From: Acidobacteriota bacterium
Lineage (GTDB): Bacteria; Acidobacteriota; Aminicenantia; JBFLYD01
Assembly: GCA_040756905.1 (NCBI GenBank)
Contig: JBFLYD010000044.1
Coordinates: 2,718-66,717, forward strand
Direction of reading: 5' to 3'
DNA length: 64,000 bases
A program made the translations under genes and the position numbers. Below the pieces are notes generated by a model, which was given only the letters and a program-made list of their open reading frames with translations, did no database searches and was not told where the DNA came from. This document shows positions 31,055-40,403 of the stretch, in pieces. Position 1 is the first letter of the stretch; each line of letters opens with the position of its first letter.

Positions 31055-32021
31055 ATTGAAAGAAATAAAAGAAGAGAGCTTGAGGGATGTATACGGAGAG
31101 ACCCTCTTAGAATTGGGAAGAGAAAACAAAAAGATAGTGGTTTTAGATTCAGACCTTTCTGCTTCAACAAAGACCAATTTATTTGCAAGGGAATTTCCTG
31201 AAAGATTTTTCAACATGGGAGTAGCCGAACAGGATATGATTGGAACTGCAGCAGGTCTGGCATTGGGAGGAATGATCCCTTTTGTTTCATCGTTTGCAGT
31301 CTTTGAAGCAGGGCGAGCATGGGAACAGATAAGGCAGAGTATATGCTATCCAAATCTAAATGTGAAACTCGTTGCAAGCCATGGAGGGATAACAGTCGGA
31401 GAAGATGGTGCTACTCATCAGTCAAATGAGGATTTGGCTTTAATGAGAATACTTCCAAACATGAAAGTCATATGCCCCTGTGATGCTGTTGAGACAAGAA
31501 AGATAATCATATCGATAGCAGAAGATTATGGGCCTTGCTATGTCAGGCTTTCAAGGCCTAAGTTTCCAGTGATTCTTGATGATGATTATTCATTTGAAAT
31601 TGGAAAAAGCTTTATTTTAATGGAGGGAGATGACATCGCAATTTTTGCGATAGGAATAACTCTTTTTCATTCTTTAATTGCTGCTGAAGAACTTGCGAAA
31701 GAAGGAATTCATGCAAGAGTGGCAAATCTTTCTTCGATAAAACCAATTGATGAAGAATTGATAGTGGAGAGTGCTAAAAAAACAAAAGCTGTTTTAACTG
31801 TGGAAGAGCATTCGATATTTGGAGGACTGGGGTCTGCAGTAGCTGAGGTGCTCTCTCAAAACTATCCATGTTTTATAAAAATAATGGGAATCCCGGACAC
31901 TTTTGGAATTTCCGGGAAACCCCATGAACTGCTTGATTTTTATGGAATATCCTCTCCTTATATATACAGAGAGGCTGTTAATTTGTTAAAAAAGAAAAAG
32001 GAAAAACATGGAGCATATTAA
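31044..32021 (+). CDS. Transketolase, C-terminal (pyrimidine-binding) subunit
   Basis: 325 aa containing FNMGVAEQDMIGTAAG and GEDGATHQ. It overlaps the preceding subunit gene. Confidence 0.9.
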   Translation: MKIKLKEIKEESLRDVYGETLLELGRENKKIVVLDSDLSASTKTNLFAREFPERFFNMGVAEQDMIGTAAGLALGGMIPFVSSFAVFEAGRAWEQIRQSICYPNLNVKLVASHGGITVGEDGATHQSNEDLALMRILPNMKVICPCDAVETRKIIISIAEDYGPCYVRLSRPKFPVILDDDYSFEIGKSFILMEGDDIAIFAIGITLFHSLIAAEELAKEGIHARVANLSSIKPIDEELIVESAKKTKAVLTVEEHSIFGGLGSAVAEVLSQNYPCFIKIMGIPDTFGISGKPHELLDFYGISSPYIYREAVNLLKKKKEKHGAY

Positions 32022-32044
32022 CGGGATACATAGTTGTCAAGGCA

Positions 32045-32701
32045 TTAAAGATTCAAATTTTTACCTATAGTATGGGCAAATCTTAAAGGTTCTGGAATCC
32101 TGAATCTTGAAACTTTCAGGATAATCTCGATGCTTTCCTCAAAGTTTATCAAATGGCCAGGTGAGATATAAACAGGCTTTACATTTTCTCGTGTTCTTAA
32201 GGAAACACCCACTATTTCTTCTTTTTTATTTTTCATATATTTAAATGCCCCTATATAGTTTTCTGGAATTTCTGTGGGATAGAAAGGTTTCTTTGCGCAT
32301 CCAATCGTAGGAATGTTTAAAAGAATCCCCATATGGGATGCAATTCCAATTTTTCTCGGATGCGCAATTCCATTTCCATCTACTATAAGTAAATCCGGTA
32401 AAATATGGAGTTTTTTAAATGCATTAAGTAAACATGGTATTTCTCTAAAGGAAAGTAGGCCGGGAATGTAAGGAAATGAAATAGGCTGAGTGGAGGTTTT
32501 GAATTCCACCATTTTCAGAGTGTCTAAATTTAAAATAGCAATTATCCCTATAGATTTATTATGTTTACTGTAGCTAACATCAGCTCCCCCAACATGCTCA
32601 ATTTTTCTTTTAAATTTGACAATCTTTACCCTTGGAGCCAATTTTTCCTGGACTTCTATAGCATCTTTATAGCTTTTAGGAATTATAAATTCTTCCATCA
32701 A
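32045..32701 (-). CDS. nfi: Endonuclease V
   Basis: 218 aa containing GGADVSY, YIPGLLSFRE, VDGNGIAHPR and GIASHMG. Confidence 0.9.
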   Translation of the reverse strand: MMEEFIIPKSYKDAIEVQEKLAPRVKIVKFKRKIEHVGGADVSYSKHNKSIGIIAILNLDTLKMVEFKTSTQPISFPYIPGLLSFREIPCLLNAFKKLHILPDLLIVDGNGIAHPRKIGIASHMGILLNIPTIGCAKKPFYPTEIPENYIGAFKYMKNKKEEIVGVSLRTRENVKPVYISPGHLINFEESIEIILKVSRFRIPEPLRFAHTIGKNLNL

Positions 32702-32730
32702 TTTTAAAAAAATTATATAAATTTTATGTT

Positions 32731-32963
32731 AAGCACGTAAAGTTTTATTGAAGAAGAATTTAGTTTATCTTTTATGGGCAGGAAGGGTGGCCAAGAAAAC
32801 CGTCACGAATGCGGAGCGGGCATGGTTTTCCCGAGACTTTAGGCTCGGGAAAGAGCGGAGCATGAGTGCCGAGCTGTAATTTTCCTCGCTGGGGAAAATA
32901 CAGCGTGTTTTCGGGTCACCCTTGCTGCCCAAATTATTTACCACCATAAAACTTTACGTGCTT
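32731..32963. repeat. 233-bp GC-rich nested palindromic element, family B copy 2
   Basis: The outer 17-bp inverted repeat is perfect: AAGCACGTAAAGTTTTA (32731-32747) and TAAAACTTTACGTGCTT (32947-32963). The inner arms are GGGCAGGAAGGGTGGCC and GGTCACCCTTGCTGCCC. Internal hairpins include TTTCCCGAG/CTCGGGAAA. Parts recur at 42481-42531 and 10864-10912. Confidence 0.75.
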
Positions 32964-33034
32964 CAGCAATTCTACTTTGCTTGACAATTTATGCGAATTA
33001 ATATAAATTTATTAAGATCTAAAGGTAACATTAA

Positions 33035-33556
33035 ATGAGAGTTAATATATTGGATATTCCCAATGAGGGGTTGGAGATTGTACAAGAATTTAAATTTGAA
33101 GATTTCATGCTTCTTGAAAAAAATTCTTATTTTCTTGGACCAGCCCAGGTTAAAATAAAAATAACAAAGAAAGCTGAAAAAGCTATAATAGAAGGACAGA
33201 TTTTTACTCAAATATCTTTGATATGTAGTAGATGTCTTTCTGATTATACAATGGAAATAAATTCTTCATTTAATCTGGTTTATTACCCAATGGAACAATT
33301 TTTGAGCGAAGAACTGAAAGAAAAGGAATTGAGAGAAAAAGATCTAGAATCATTATATTACAGAAATAATGAGTTAAATATAGATTCCATCATTTTAGAA
33401 CAGATAAACCTTTCAATTCCTCTAAAGCCAATATGTAGTGAAAATTGTAAAGGATTATGCGAAATATGTGGGGTTAACTTAAACATCAAGTCATGTGGGT
33501 GTGAATTGAAAGCTAAAAATCATTTTTTTGATAAGATTAAATTAAACATTAAATAG
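33035..33556 (+). CDS. yceD: YceD/DUF177 family protein (large-subunit rRNA accumulation protein)
   Basis: 173 aa in the conserved position upstream of rpmF-plsX. It has a C-terminal Cys cluster CSENCKGLCEICGVNLN...CGC. Confidence 0.8.
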   Translation: MRVNILDIPNEGLEIVQEFKFEDFMLLEKNSYFLGPAQVKIKITKKAEKAIIEGQIFTQISLICSRCLSDYTMEINSSFNLVYYPMEQFLSEELKEKELREKDLESLYYRNNELNIDSIILEQINLSIPLKPICSENCKGLCEICGVNLNIKSCGCELKAKNHFFDKIKLNIK

Positions 33557-33566
33557 AGAGGAGATA

Positions 33567-33749
33567 ATGGCAAACCCTAAAAGACGTCATTCTCATTCAA
33601 GAAAAGGAAAAAGAAGAAGCCATGATCATTTAAAGATACCATCCTTTTCTATCTGCCCCCATTGTGGAACCCCAAAACTTCCTCATCGGGTTTGTCCTTC
33701 CTGTGGATTTTATAAAGGAAGACAGACAATCGAAGGTGAGGAGGAATAA
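33567..33749 (+). CDS. rpmF: 50S ribosomal protein L32
   Basis: MANPKRRHSHSRKGKRRSH followed by the zinc ribbon CPHCG...CPSCG. Confidence 0.92.
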   Translation: MANPKRRHSHSRKGKRRSHDHLKIPSFSICPHCGTPKLPHRVCPSCGFYKGRQTIEGEEE

Positions 33750-33760
33750 TTTAATTTAAA

Positions 33761-34771
33761 ATGAAAATTGCTTTGGATGCAATGGGAGGAGATAGAGCAC
33801 CTTCTGCAATCATTGAAGGTGCTGTAAAAGCTTCCCGTGAATTGAACGTAGATATAATTCTTGTGGGTGTGGAAGATATTATTAAAGAGGAATTGAAGCG
33901 ACTTAATGATAGAAGTTCAAAGATTGAAATAGTTCATTCTCCTGAAGTTATAAAAATGGAGGAAAGTGTGTTTCAAGCATTAAGGCTTAAAAAAAGTTCT
34001 TCGATTAAAAAAGCCGTTCAACTTGTTAAAGAGGGAAATGCTAATGGTGTGGTAAGCGCTGGAAATACAGGAGCTGTAATGGCTCTTTCAAAAGCTATCC
34101 TCGGACCGGTCGAAGGAGTTGAGAGGCCTGCTCTTGCTATTATAGTTCCAACTTTAAAGGGGTTCTCGATACTGATGGATGTAGGAGCAAATGTGGATTG
34201 TAAGCCAAGACATTTAAAACAGTTTGCATTGATGGGAAAAATTTTCATGGAACAGATTTTTGGAAAGGAAAACCCTAAAATTGGCCTTGTAAACATTGGC
34301 GAGGAAGAGGGGAAAGGAAATGAGCTTATTAAAGAAACTTTTAAAGAACTGAGAAATTCGAATTTGAATTTTATCGGGAATATAGAAGGAAGAGCTATAT
34401 ATCAAGGAGTTGCAGATGTTATTATCAGTGATGGGTTCACTGGAAATGTTGCTCTCAAAGTTACTGAAGGAGTTGTAGAAGTGCTTTTCTCGATGTTAAA
34501 AGGAGAGGTGAGCAGAAACCTTATTGCAAAATTAGGGTTTTTGTTGATGAACAGAGCCCTAAAGAAATTTAAGAAAAAAGTAGATTATTCAGAATACGGA
34601 GGGGGGCTTTTGCTAGGTATAAATGGAGTGGCTGTTATTGGTCATGGAAGATCCGGTCCTGAAGCGATAAAAAATGCAATAAGAGTGGCAAAGAATTTTA
34701 TTTATAGAAAGGTGCAGGAAAGAATCAGTTTTGAAATACTTAAACTCAAAGAAGATTTTAGAAAGATTTAG
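33761..34771 (+). CDS. plsX: Phosphate acyltransferase PlsX
   Basis: 336 aa starting MKIALDAMGGDRAP, with SAGNTGA and GFTGN. Confidence 0.95.
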   Translation: MKIALDAMGGDRAPSAIIEGAVKASRELNVDIILVGVEDIIKEELKRLNDRSSKIEIVHSPEVIKMEESVFQALRLKKSSSIKKAVQLVKEGNANGVVSAGNTGAVMALSKAILGPVEGVERPALAIIVPTLKGFSILMDVGANVDCKPRHLKQFALMGKIFMEQIFGKENPKIGLVNIGEEEGKGNELIKETFKELRNSNLNFIGNIEGRAIYQGVADVIISDGFTGNVALKVTEGVVEVLFSMLKGEVSRNLIAKLGFLLMNRALKKFKKKVDYSEYGGGLLLGINGVAVIGHGRSGPEAIKNAIRVAKNFIYRKVQERISFEILKLKEDFRKI

Positions 34772-35517
34772 TGATGAGGTTTAAAGAAAAGGTAAGTATA
34801 GTTACGGGCGCTGCTCAGGGAATTGGAAAAGAGATAGCTGTTTCACTGGCACAAGAAGGTGCATCATTGGCTCTTGTTGATATGAATCGCCATAAACTTT
34901 TTGAGACCGTTGAGGAAATCAAAAAAATGAATGGAGATGCGGAAGCATTTGTTACTGATGTATCGAAAAAAGAAGAGGTGGAAAAAACTGTGAATGAAAT
35001 TGAGCAGAAATTTAATAAAATCGATCATCTTGTAAATAATGCTGGAATTACAAAGGATAACCTTTTACTGAGAATGAGCGAAGATGAATGGGATAAAGTT
35101 CTGGATGTGAATTTAAAAGGAACCTTTCTGTTTACTAAAAGTGTTTTAAAATATATGTTAAAAAACAGATATGGAAAGATAGTTAGCATATCTTCAGTTG
35201 TGGGGATAATAGGAAATGCCGGTCAGGCAAATTATTCTGCTTCGAAAGCAGGAATAATAGGGTTTTCCCGATCTTTAGCCAGAGAGGTCTCCTCTAAAGG
35301 AATAAATGTAAATGTAGTCGCACCTGGGTATATAGAGACAGAGATGACAAAATCCCTGCCTGATTCGATTAAAGAAACATTTTTTAATTTGATTCCAATG
35401 AAAAGGTTTGGAACCCCTAAAGAAGTCGCAAATGTGGTTCTTTTTCTTCTTTCCGATGAATCGATATACATTAATGGTGAGGTTATTCATGTGAATGGTG
35501 GACTTTTTATGGGATAG
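34771..35517 (+). CDS. fabG: 3-oxoacyl-ACP reductase
   Basis: SDR with TGAAQGIGKEIA, NNAGI, YSASKAG and INVNVVAPGYIETEM. GTG at 34771 overlaps the plsX stop, and ATG at 34774 is an alternative start. Confidence 0.9.
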   Translation: MMRFKEKVSIVTGAAQGIGKEIAVSLAQEGASLALVDMNRHKLFETVEEIKKMNGDAEAFVTDVSKKEEVEKTVNEIEQKFNKIDHLVNNAGITKDNLLLRMSEDEWDKVLDVNLKGTFLFTKSVLKYMLKNRYGKIVSISSVVGIIGNAGQANYSASKAGIIGFSRSLAREVSSKGINVNVVAPGYIETEMTKSLPDSIKETFFNLIPMKRFGTPKEVANVVLFLLSDESIYINGEVIHVNGGLFMG

Positions 35518-35542
35518 ATCAAATCATTTTTAGGAGGAATAA

Positions 35543-35785
35543 ATGGATAGGAATGAAATTTTTTCTAAAGTAAAAGAAGTGATCGTTGAAAAATTGAAAG
35601 TTAAAGAAGAACAGGTAACAGAAGATGCTTCATTTATAGATGATCTGGGAGCAGATTCTCTCGACACAGTGGAACTTGTCATGGCTCTTGAGGATCACTT
35701 CAAAATGAGCATTCCTGATGAAGAAGCAGAAAAACTCACAACAGTTGGAAAAGCTGTAGATTACATACATAAGCACATACAATAA
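35543..35785 (+). CDS. acpP: Acyl carrier protein
   Basis: 80 aa with the phosphopantetheine site [16 protein letters not shown]. Confidence 0.95.
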   Translation: MDRNEIFSKVKEVIVEKLKVKEEQVTEDASFIDDLGADSLDTVELVMALEDHFKMSIPDEEAEKLTTVGKAVDYIHKHIQ

Positions 35786-35803
35786 TCTACAAATATAAAA
35801 TTA

Positions 35804-37066
35804 ATGAGTTCCCAATTCGGGGAGAAAAGAAGAGTTGTAATTACGGGTATTGGTTTAGTTTCTCCCTTAGGTATTGGAAAAGAGGAGAATTGGAAAAACA
35901 TCCTTGAAGGAAAAAGTGGAATTGGGTTAATTACAAAGTTTGATGCCTCCGAGTTTAGAACACGGATTGCTGGTGAAATAAAAGGATTTGATCCATTAAA
36001 ATTCATTGAAGAAAAAGAGATTGGTAGGATAGATCCCTTTATACAATATGCATTGGCTGCAGCCCATCTCGCAATAGAAGATTCTGGTATAAAATTGCCT
36101 TTTGAAAATCCTGAAAGAGTAGGTGTTTATGCTGGTTCAGGAATAGGAGGTTTGAAGTCAATTGAAGATACACATCGGGAGTATCTTGAAAAAGGACCTA
36201 AGAGGATATCTCCATTTTTTATAACTTCTGTTGTTATCAATTTAGCTGCAGGCCAGATCTCAATAAAATATGGGGCAAAAGGACCTAACTCTGCAACTTC
36301 AACTGCCTGTTCAACGAGTTCTCATTCAATAGGTGATTCCTTTAAAATAATTCAGAGAGGAGAAGCTGACATAATGATTGCAGGAGGCTCAGAAGCTCCT
36401 ATCACTCCATTAGGGCTTGGAGGTTTTTCTTCAATGAGAGCTCTATCCACAAGAAATGATGAACCAGAGAGAGCATCAAGACCTTTTGATAGATATAGAG
36501 ATGGGTTTGTAATGGGAGAGGGAGCAGGGATATTAATTTTAGAGGAGTTGAATAGTGCTTTAAAAAGAAATGCTAATATCTATGCAGAAATTATCGGATA
36601 CGGAATGTCTGGAGATGCATTTCATATTACAGCACCCTGTTCTGATGCCGATGGAGCTATTAGAGTTATGGTTAACACTATAAAAGATGCAGGAATTTCA
36701 CCGGATTTGATAGATTATATAAATGCCCATGGAACTTCTACTCCTTTGAATGATAAGCTTGAGACCCTTGCAATTAAAAAAGTTTTTGGAGGTAGGGCGT
36801 ATAAGATTGCAATTTCTTCCACAAAGTCAATGTCAGGTCATCTTTTAGGAGCAGCAGGAGCACTGGAAGCTGGAATAACAGCAATGGCAATAAAAGAGGA
36901 GATATTGCCTCCCACGATAAATCTTACCAATCATGACCCTGATTGCGACCTCGATTATGTTCCAAATGTTTCAAGAAAGATGAAAATATACGCAGCGATC
37001 TCCAATTCGTTTGGCTTTGGTGGAACGAATGCCTCACTGTTATTTAAAAAATTTGAAGGAGGTTAG
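35804..37066 (+). CDS. fabF: 3-oxoacyl-ACP synthase II
   Basis: 420 aa containing the active-site Cys in [14 protein letters not shown], plus NAHGTSTP and [11 protein letters not shown]. Confidence 0.95.
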   Translation: MSSQFGEKRRVVITGIGLVSPLGIGKEENWKNILEGKSGIGLITKFDASEFRTRIAGEIKGFDPLKFIEEKEIGRIDPFIQYALAAAHLAIEDSGIKLPFENPERVGVYAGSGIGGLKSIEDTHREYLEKGPKRISPFFITSVVINLAAGQISIKYGAKGPNSATSTACSTSSHSIGDSFKIIQRGEADIMIAGGSEAPITPLGLGGFSSMRALSTRNDEPERASRPFDRYRDGFVMGEGAGILILEELNSALKRNANIYAEIIGYGMSGDAFHITAPCSDADGAIRVMVNTIKDAGISPDLIDYINAHGTSTPLNDKLETLAIKKVFGGRAYKIAISSTKSMSGHLLGAAGALEAGITAMAIKEEILPPTINLTNHDPDCDLDYVPNVSRKMKIYAAISNSFGFGGTNASLLFKKFEGG

Positions 37067-37067
37067 A

Positions 37068-37850
37068 TTGGAAATTTTAGTATTTATAAAACAGGTTCCA
37101 GATACAGAAACCAGGATCAGGATATCTGAAGATAAAAAATCCATCGTAGAAGAAGATTTAGCTTTTATACTGAACCCTTACGATGAATTTGCCATTGAAG
37201 AAGCCTTAAGGATTAGGGAAGCAAGAGGCGGAAAGGTCACAGCAGTCTCTGTGGGAAAAGAAAAAGTTACCACAGTATTGAAGAAAGCTTTGGCAATGGG
37301 AGTGGATGAGGCGATTTTAATAAAGGATGAAGCTGGAGAAACTTACGATGGATTCAGAATTGCAAAGATAATTTCTGAATTTATAAGAAAAGAGTTTCCT
37401 GTTTATGGTCTTTTGTTTTTTGGAAAACAGGCAATTGGAAGCGATAATGCAGTTATTCCCAGTATGGTGGGAGAATTTCTGACTATCCCCTCGATTACGG
37501 TTGTTACTAAATTAACGGTTGAGAATGGAAAAGGAAAAGTCCACAGAGAGATTGAAGGAGCGACAGAGGTTGTTGAATTTTCGCTTCCTGCAATAATTTC
37601 TGCTCAAAAAGGATTGAATGAACCAAGATATGAAACTTTGAAGGGAATAATGGCTGCAAAGAAGAAGGAAATCAAGATTTTTACTCTTGAAGGGTTAGGA
37701 CTTAAAGAAGAAGATTTAAGCCCGTCGATTGAGATTTCGAAAATTGATTACCCTCCTCCAAGAAAAGAGGGTAGGATAATTGACGGAACACCCGAGGAAG
37801 CAGTGAAAAAGCTTGTTGAACTTCTAAGAAATGAAGCAAAGGTAATTTAA
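37068..37850 (+). CDS. etfB: Electron transfer flavoprotein, beta subunit
   Basis: I place the start at TTG 37068 (LEILVFIKQVPDTE), preceded by GAAGGAGG at 37055-37062. The track extension back to 37011 overlaps the fabF C-terminus and is rejected. Confidence 0.85.
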   Translation: MEILVFIKQVPDTETRIRISEDKKSIVEEDLAFILNPYDEFAIEEALRIREARGGKVTAVSVGKEKVTTVLKKALAMGVDEAILIKDEAGETYDGFRIAKIISEFIRKEFPVYGLLFFGKQAIGSDNAVIPSMVGEFLTIPSITVVTKLTVENGKGKVHREIEGATEVVEFSLPAIISAQKGLNEPRYETLKGIMAAKKKEIKIFTLEGLGLKEEDLSPSIEISKIDYPPPRKEGRIIDGTPEEAVKKLVELLRNEAKVI

Positions 37851-37867
37851 TGAAATAGGGAGATAAA

Positions 37868-38827
37868 ATGATATTAGTATTTATAGAACAAAGGGAAGGA
37901 AGGATAAAAAAATCCTCAATCGAAGTTTTGTCGAAGTCAATCAGATTAAAAAGAGGAGAAGTTAATTCAATAATTATTGGAAATAATTTGAAAGATTCCA
38001 TCAATGATTTAAAAAAATTTTGTGAAAAAATTTATGTTTATGATGATCCTTTTTTTGAAAAATATTCTTCTTTATATTCTGACATAATTGTAGATTTAGC
38101 GAAGAGATTAACCCCAGAAGCAATTTTCTTTTCAGCCACATCTTTGGGAAAGGATTTAGCTCCAAGAGTTGCAGCTAATTTGAATGTATCGATTGCGTCA
38201 GATTGCATAGAGATAAAATGGGAAAGCGATATTCTTTATATAAAGAGGCCGATTTACGCAGGAAAAGCTTTTGCCTTAGTTAATTTCTTAAAAAAACCTT
38301 ATATTGCTACTTTAAGGCCCAATGTTTTCTCCATCGATTTTAATGGAGATAAAAATGCTGAAATAATAGAAGAAAAGTATGAATTAAAAAAAGAAATAAA
38401 CAGTAAGGTTATCGAAATTCTAAGAGGAGGAGGAACAGCTCTTGATATAACAGAAGCACAGGCCATTGTATCTGGAGGAAGGGGAATGAAAACTCCTGAA
38501 AATTTTTCCCTTCTCAAAGAATTAGCTTCAATTATCCCGAATTGCGCTGTTGGTGCCTCAAGAGCAGCTGTGGATGCAGGATGGATAGACCATCAACATC
38601 AGGTTGGGCAGACAGGAAAAGTTGTATCTCCTGATTTATACATGGCCTTTGGAATTTCTGGGTCTATTCAGCATCTTGCCGGTATGTCCTCTTCTAAAGT
38701 GATTGTGGCAGTGAATAAAGACCCTGAAGCACCAATTTTTAAAGTAGCAGATTATGGAATTGTTGGAGATTTGTTTGAAGTAGTACCTCTTTTAAAAGAA
38801 GAGTTGAAAAAACTTTTATCTCAATAA
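37868..38827 (+). CDS. etfA: Electron transfer flavoprotein, alpha subunit
   Basis: 319 aa with the FAD-binding C-terminus VSGGRGM...ASRAAVDAGW....QVGQTGK.V.P.LY.A.GISG.IQH. Confidence 0.9.
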   Translation: MILVFIEQREGRIKKSSIEVLSKSIRLKRGEVNSIIIGNNLKDSINDLKKFCEKIYVYDDPFFEKYSSLYSDIIVDLAKRLTPEAIFFSATSLGKDLAPRVAANLNVSIASDCIEIKWESDILYIKRPIYAGKAFALVNFLKKPYIATLRPNVFSIDFNGDKNAEIIEEKYELKKEINSKVIEILRGGGTALDITEAQAIVSGGRGMKTPENFSLLKELASIIPNCAVGASRAAVDAGWIDHQHQVGQTGKVVSPDLYMAFGISGSIQHLAGMSSSKVIVAVNKDPEAPIFKVADYGIVGDLFEVVPLLKEELKKLLSQ

Positions 38828-38828
38828 A

Positions 38829-40403
38829 TTAAAGAAGCATAACATTTTTTTCTGAGCGTGTTTCTCCAACACTTGTTATTCTAATTGCTGCAAGGTCTCT
38901 AACAGGACACTTATATTCACATATTCCACATCCAATACATTCTTCAGGGATTACAACCGGAACCTTCATGATTTTTTTTCCATCCTTTGTGGTTACTTCT
39001 TCTTCGACCATTTTTATTGCCTTGGGAGAGGTAGGACAGTGTTCCTCACATACAATACAATTTATTCCAAATGAGAAAGGAAGGCATCTGTCTTTATCCA
39101 CAAAAGCTGTTCCGATATGAATTTTCTTTTTCTTTTCCATTGTAATTTTTTCAATCGCATCTGTGGGACATACCTGGGAGCAGAGATAACAGTTATACTC
39201 ACAGTATCCTATTTTGGGAACAAGTTTTGGAGTCCATAGAGTTTCAAAACCTCCTTCGAATAAGGAAGGGTGCAATCCATTCGTAGGACAAACTTTTATG
39301 CACTCACTACATTTTATGCATTTTTTTACAAATTCTTCCTCCTTAACTGCTCCGGGAGGTCTGATTAGCGAAGGGTCAGCGTTTTTTACCGCAGATGAAA
39401 TTTTGAAAAATGGAGCTAAAACAACACCTGCCATTCCTGTAAATATTAATTTCCTTTTCTCAAAATTAACTGTTTTGTTTAGAGCAGGCTTGGATTCAAG
39501 GGGGAATGTAATGCCAGAATAAGGGCAAACTTTTGCGCACGTAAAACAGAATATACATTCTGAGGCTTTCCATTTGTTTTCTGGAAAAGGAGTTGCCTCG
39601 GTTGGACATCTAATGTTACATAATTTGCATTCATTACATTTACTTCGGTCTAATTTTAATTTCAAAAATGAAAAATTTCCGAATATTCCCAGCAGTGCAC
39701 CGAGCGGGCATAGGGCTCTGCACCAGAATCTATCTTTTAAAGAATTCAAAAATATAATCACCAAAAAAATCAACCCGATAAACAATCCCTGATCGAAATT
39801 TAAATCCATATAGTAAGATTCCATGAACTGGGAGATTCTATCACCGAGTTCAACGAAAAGATTCATGTTTATTGAGTAGAAAATAAATATAACTGAATCG
39901 AGTATCTTCCCTGCTACAGGAAATACAGAGTTTGTAAATGATCTGTAAAGGAGAGAGAATGGGTCTATGATACCGAAAAGATTCACTGAGAAAATTGAAA
40001 ATATCAAAAAGGCTATAAGTAAATAATATTTCCACAGGAGTCTGCTCTCTTTATCCTTTAACTGTATAAATATTTTTGCTTTTCTGAAAATAAATGAAAA
40101 TAGCTGGAGCAAAGAACCTAATGGACATATCCATCCACAGAAAAACCTTCCGAATAGAATTGTTATCATCAATGTTATCAGTGAGAAATAAAAAGCTTTT
40201 AATAAAATGTGAGAAGATACCAGATTTACTAATGGTATTAAAGGGTCAAATTTAAAAAATATATTTACCGGTGCAGAAAGAACATCTTTCTCTGGATATT
40301 TTGTTATAAGAATAAGATAAAAAAAAATAAAGAAGAATATGAATTGGGTTATTATTCTTAAAAGCTCAATTATTATATATTTTTCAGATCTTTGATTTTT
40401 CAA
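38829..40403 (-). CDS. NapH/MauN-like membrane polyferredoxin (multi 4Fe-4S)
   Basis: 524 aa. The N-terminal TM helices carry two CxxxCP motifs (FCGWICPLGSL, WCRALCPLGAL). These are followed by about six CxxCxxCxxxCP ferredoxin motifs. Confidence 0.75.
   Translation of the reverse strand: MKNQRSEKYIIIELLRIITQFIFFFIFFYLILITKYPEKDVLSAPVNIFFKFDPLIPLVNLVSSHILLKAFYFSLITLMITILFGRFFCGWICPLGSLLQLFSFIFRKAKIFIQLKDKESRLLWKYYLLIAFLIFSIFSVNLFGIIDPFSLLYRSFTNSVFPVAGKILDSVIFIFYSINMNLFVELGDRISQFMESYYMDLNFDQGLFIGLIFLVIIFLNSLKDRFWCRALCPLGALLGIFGNFSFLKLKLDRSKCNECKLCNIRCPTEATPFPENKWKASECIFCFTCAKVCPYSGITFPLESKPALNKTVNFEKRKLIFTGMAGVVLAPFFKISSAVKNADPSLIRPPGAVKEEEFVKKCIKCSECIKVCPTNGLHPSLFEGGFETLWTPKLVPKIGYCEYNCYLCSQVCPTDAIEKITMEKKKKIHIGTAFVDKDRCLPFSFGINCIVCEEHCPTSPKAIKMVEEEVTTKDGKKIMKVPVVIPEECIGCGICEYKCPVRDLAAIRITSVGETRSEKNVMLL

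Noticed and set aside
32776-32932. The GC-rich long hairpin, considered as a possible SRP (4.5S), 6S or other housekeeping RNA
   Set aside because: I found no conserved SRP domain IV (GGAA tetraloop / AGCAGCC), RNase P or tmRNA signatures. Its arms recur as fragments at 42481-42531 and 10864-10912, which fits a dispersed repeat better than a single-copy RNA gene. A covariance-model scan would settle this.
32765-32947. 60-aa minus-strand ORF in the nfi/yceD spacer
   Set aside because: It lies entirely inside the 233-bp nested palindromic repeat (family B copy 2), parts of which recur in non-coding positions.
37011-37067. Upstream extension of etfB to ATG 37011
   Set aside because: It overlaps the conserved C-terminus of FabF in another frame. 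TTG at 37068, with GAAGGAGG upstream, gives the canonical EtfB N-terminus (ILVFIKQVPD).
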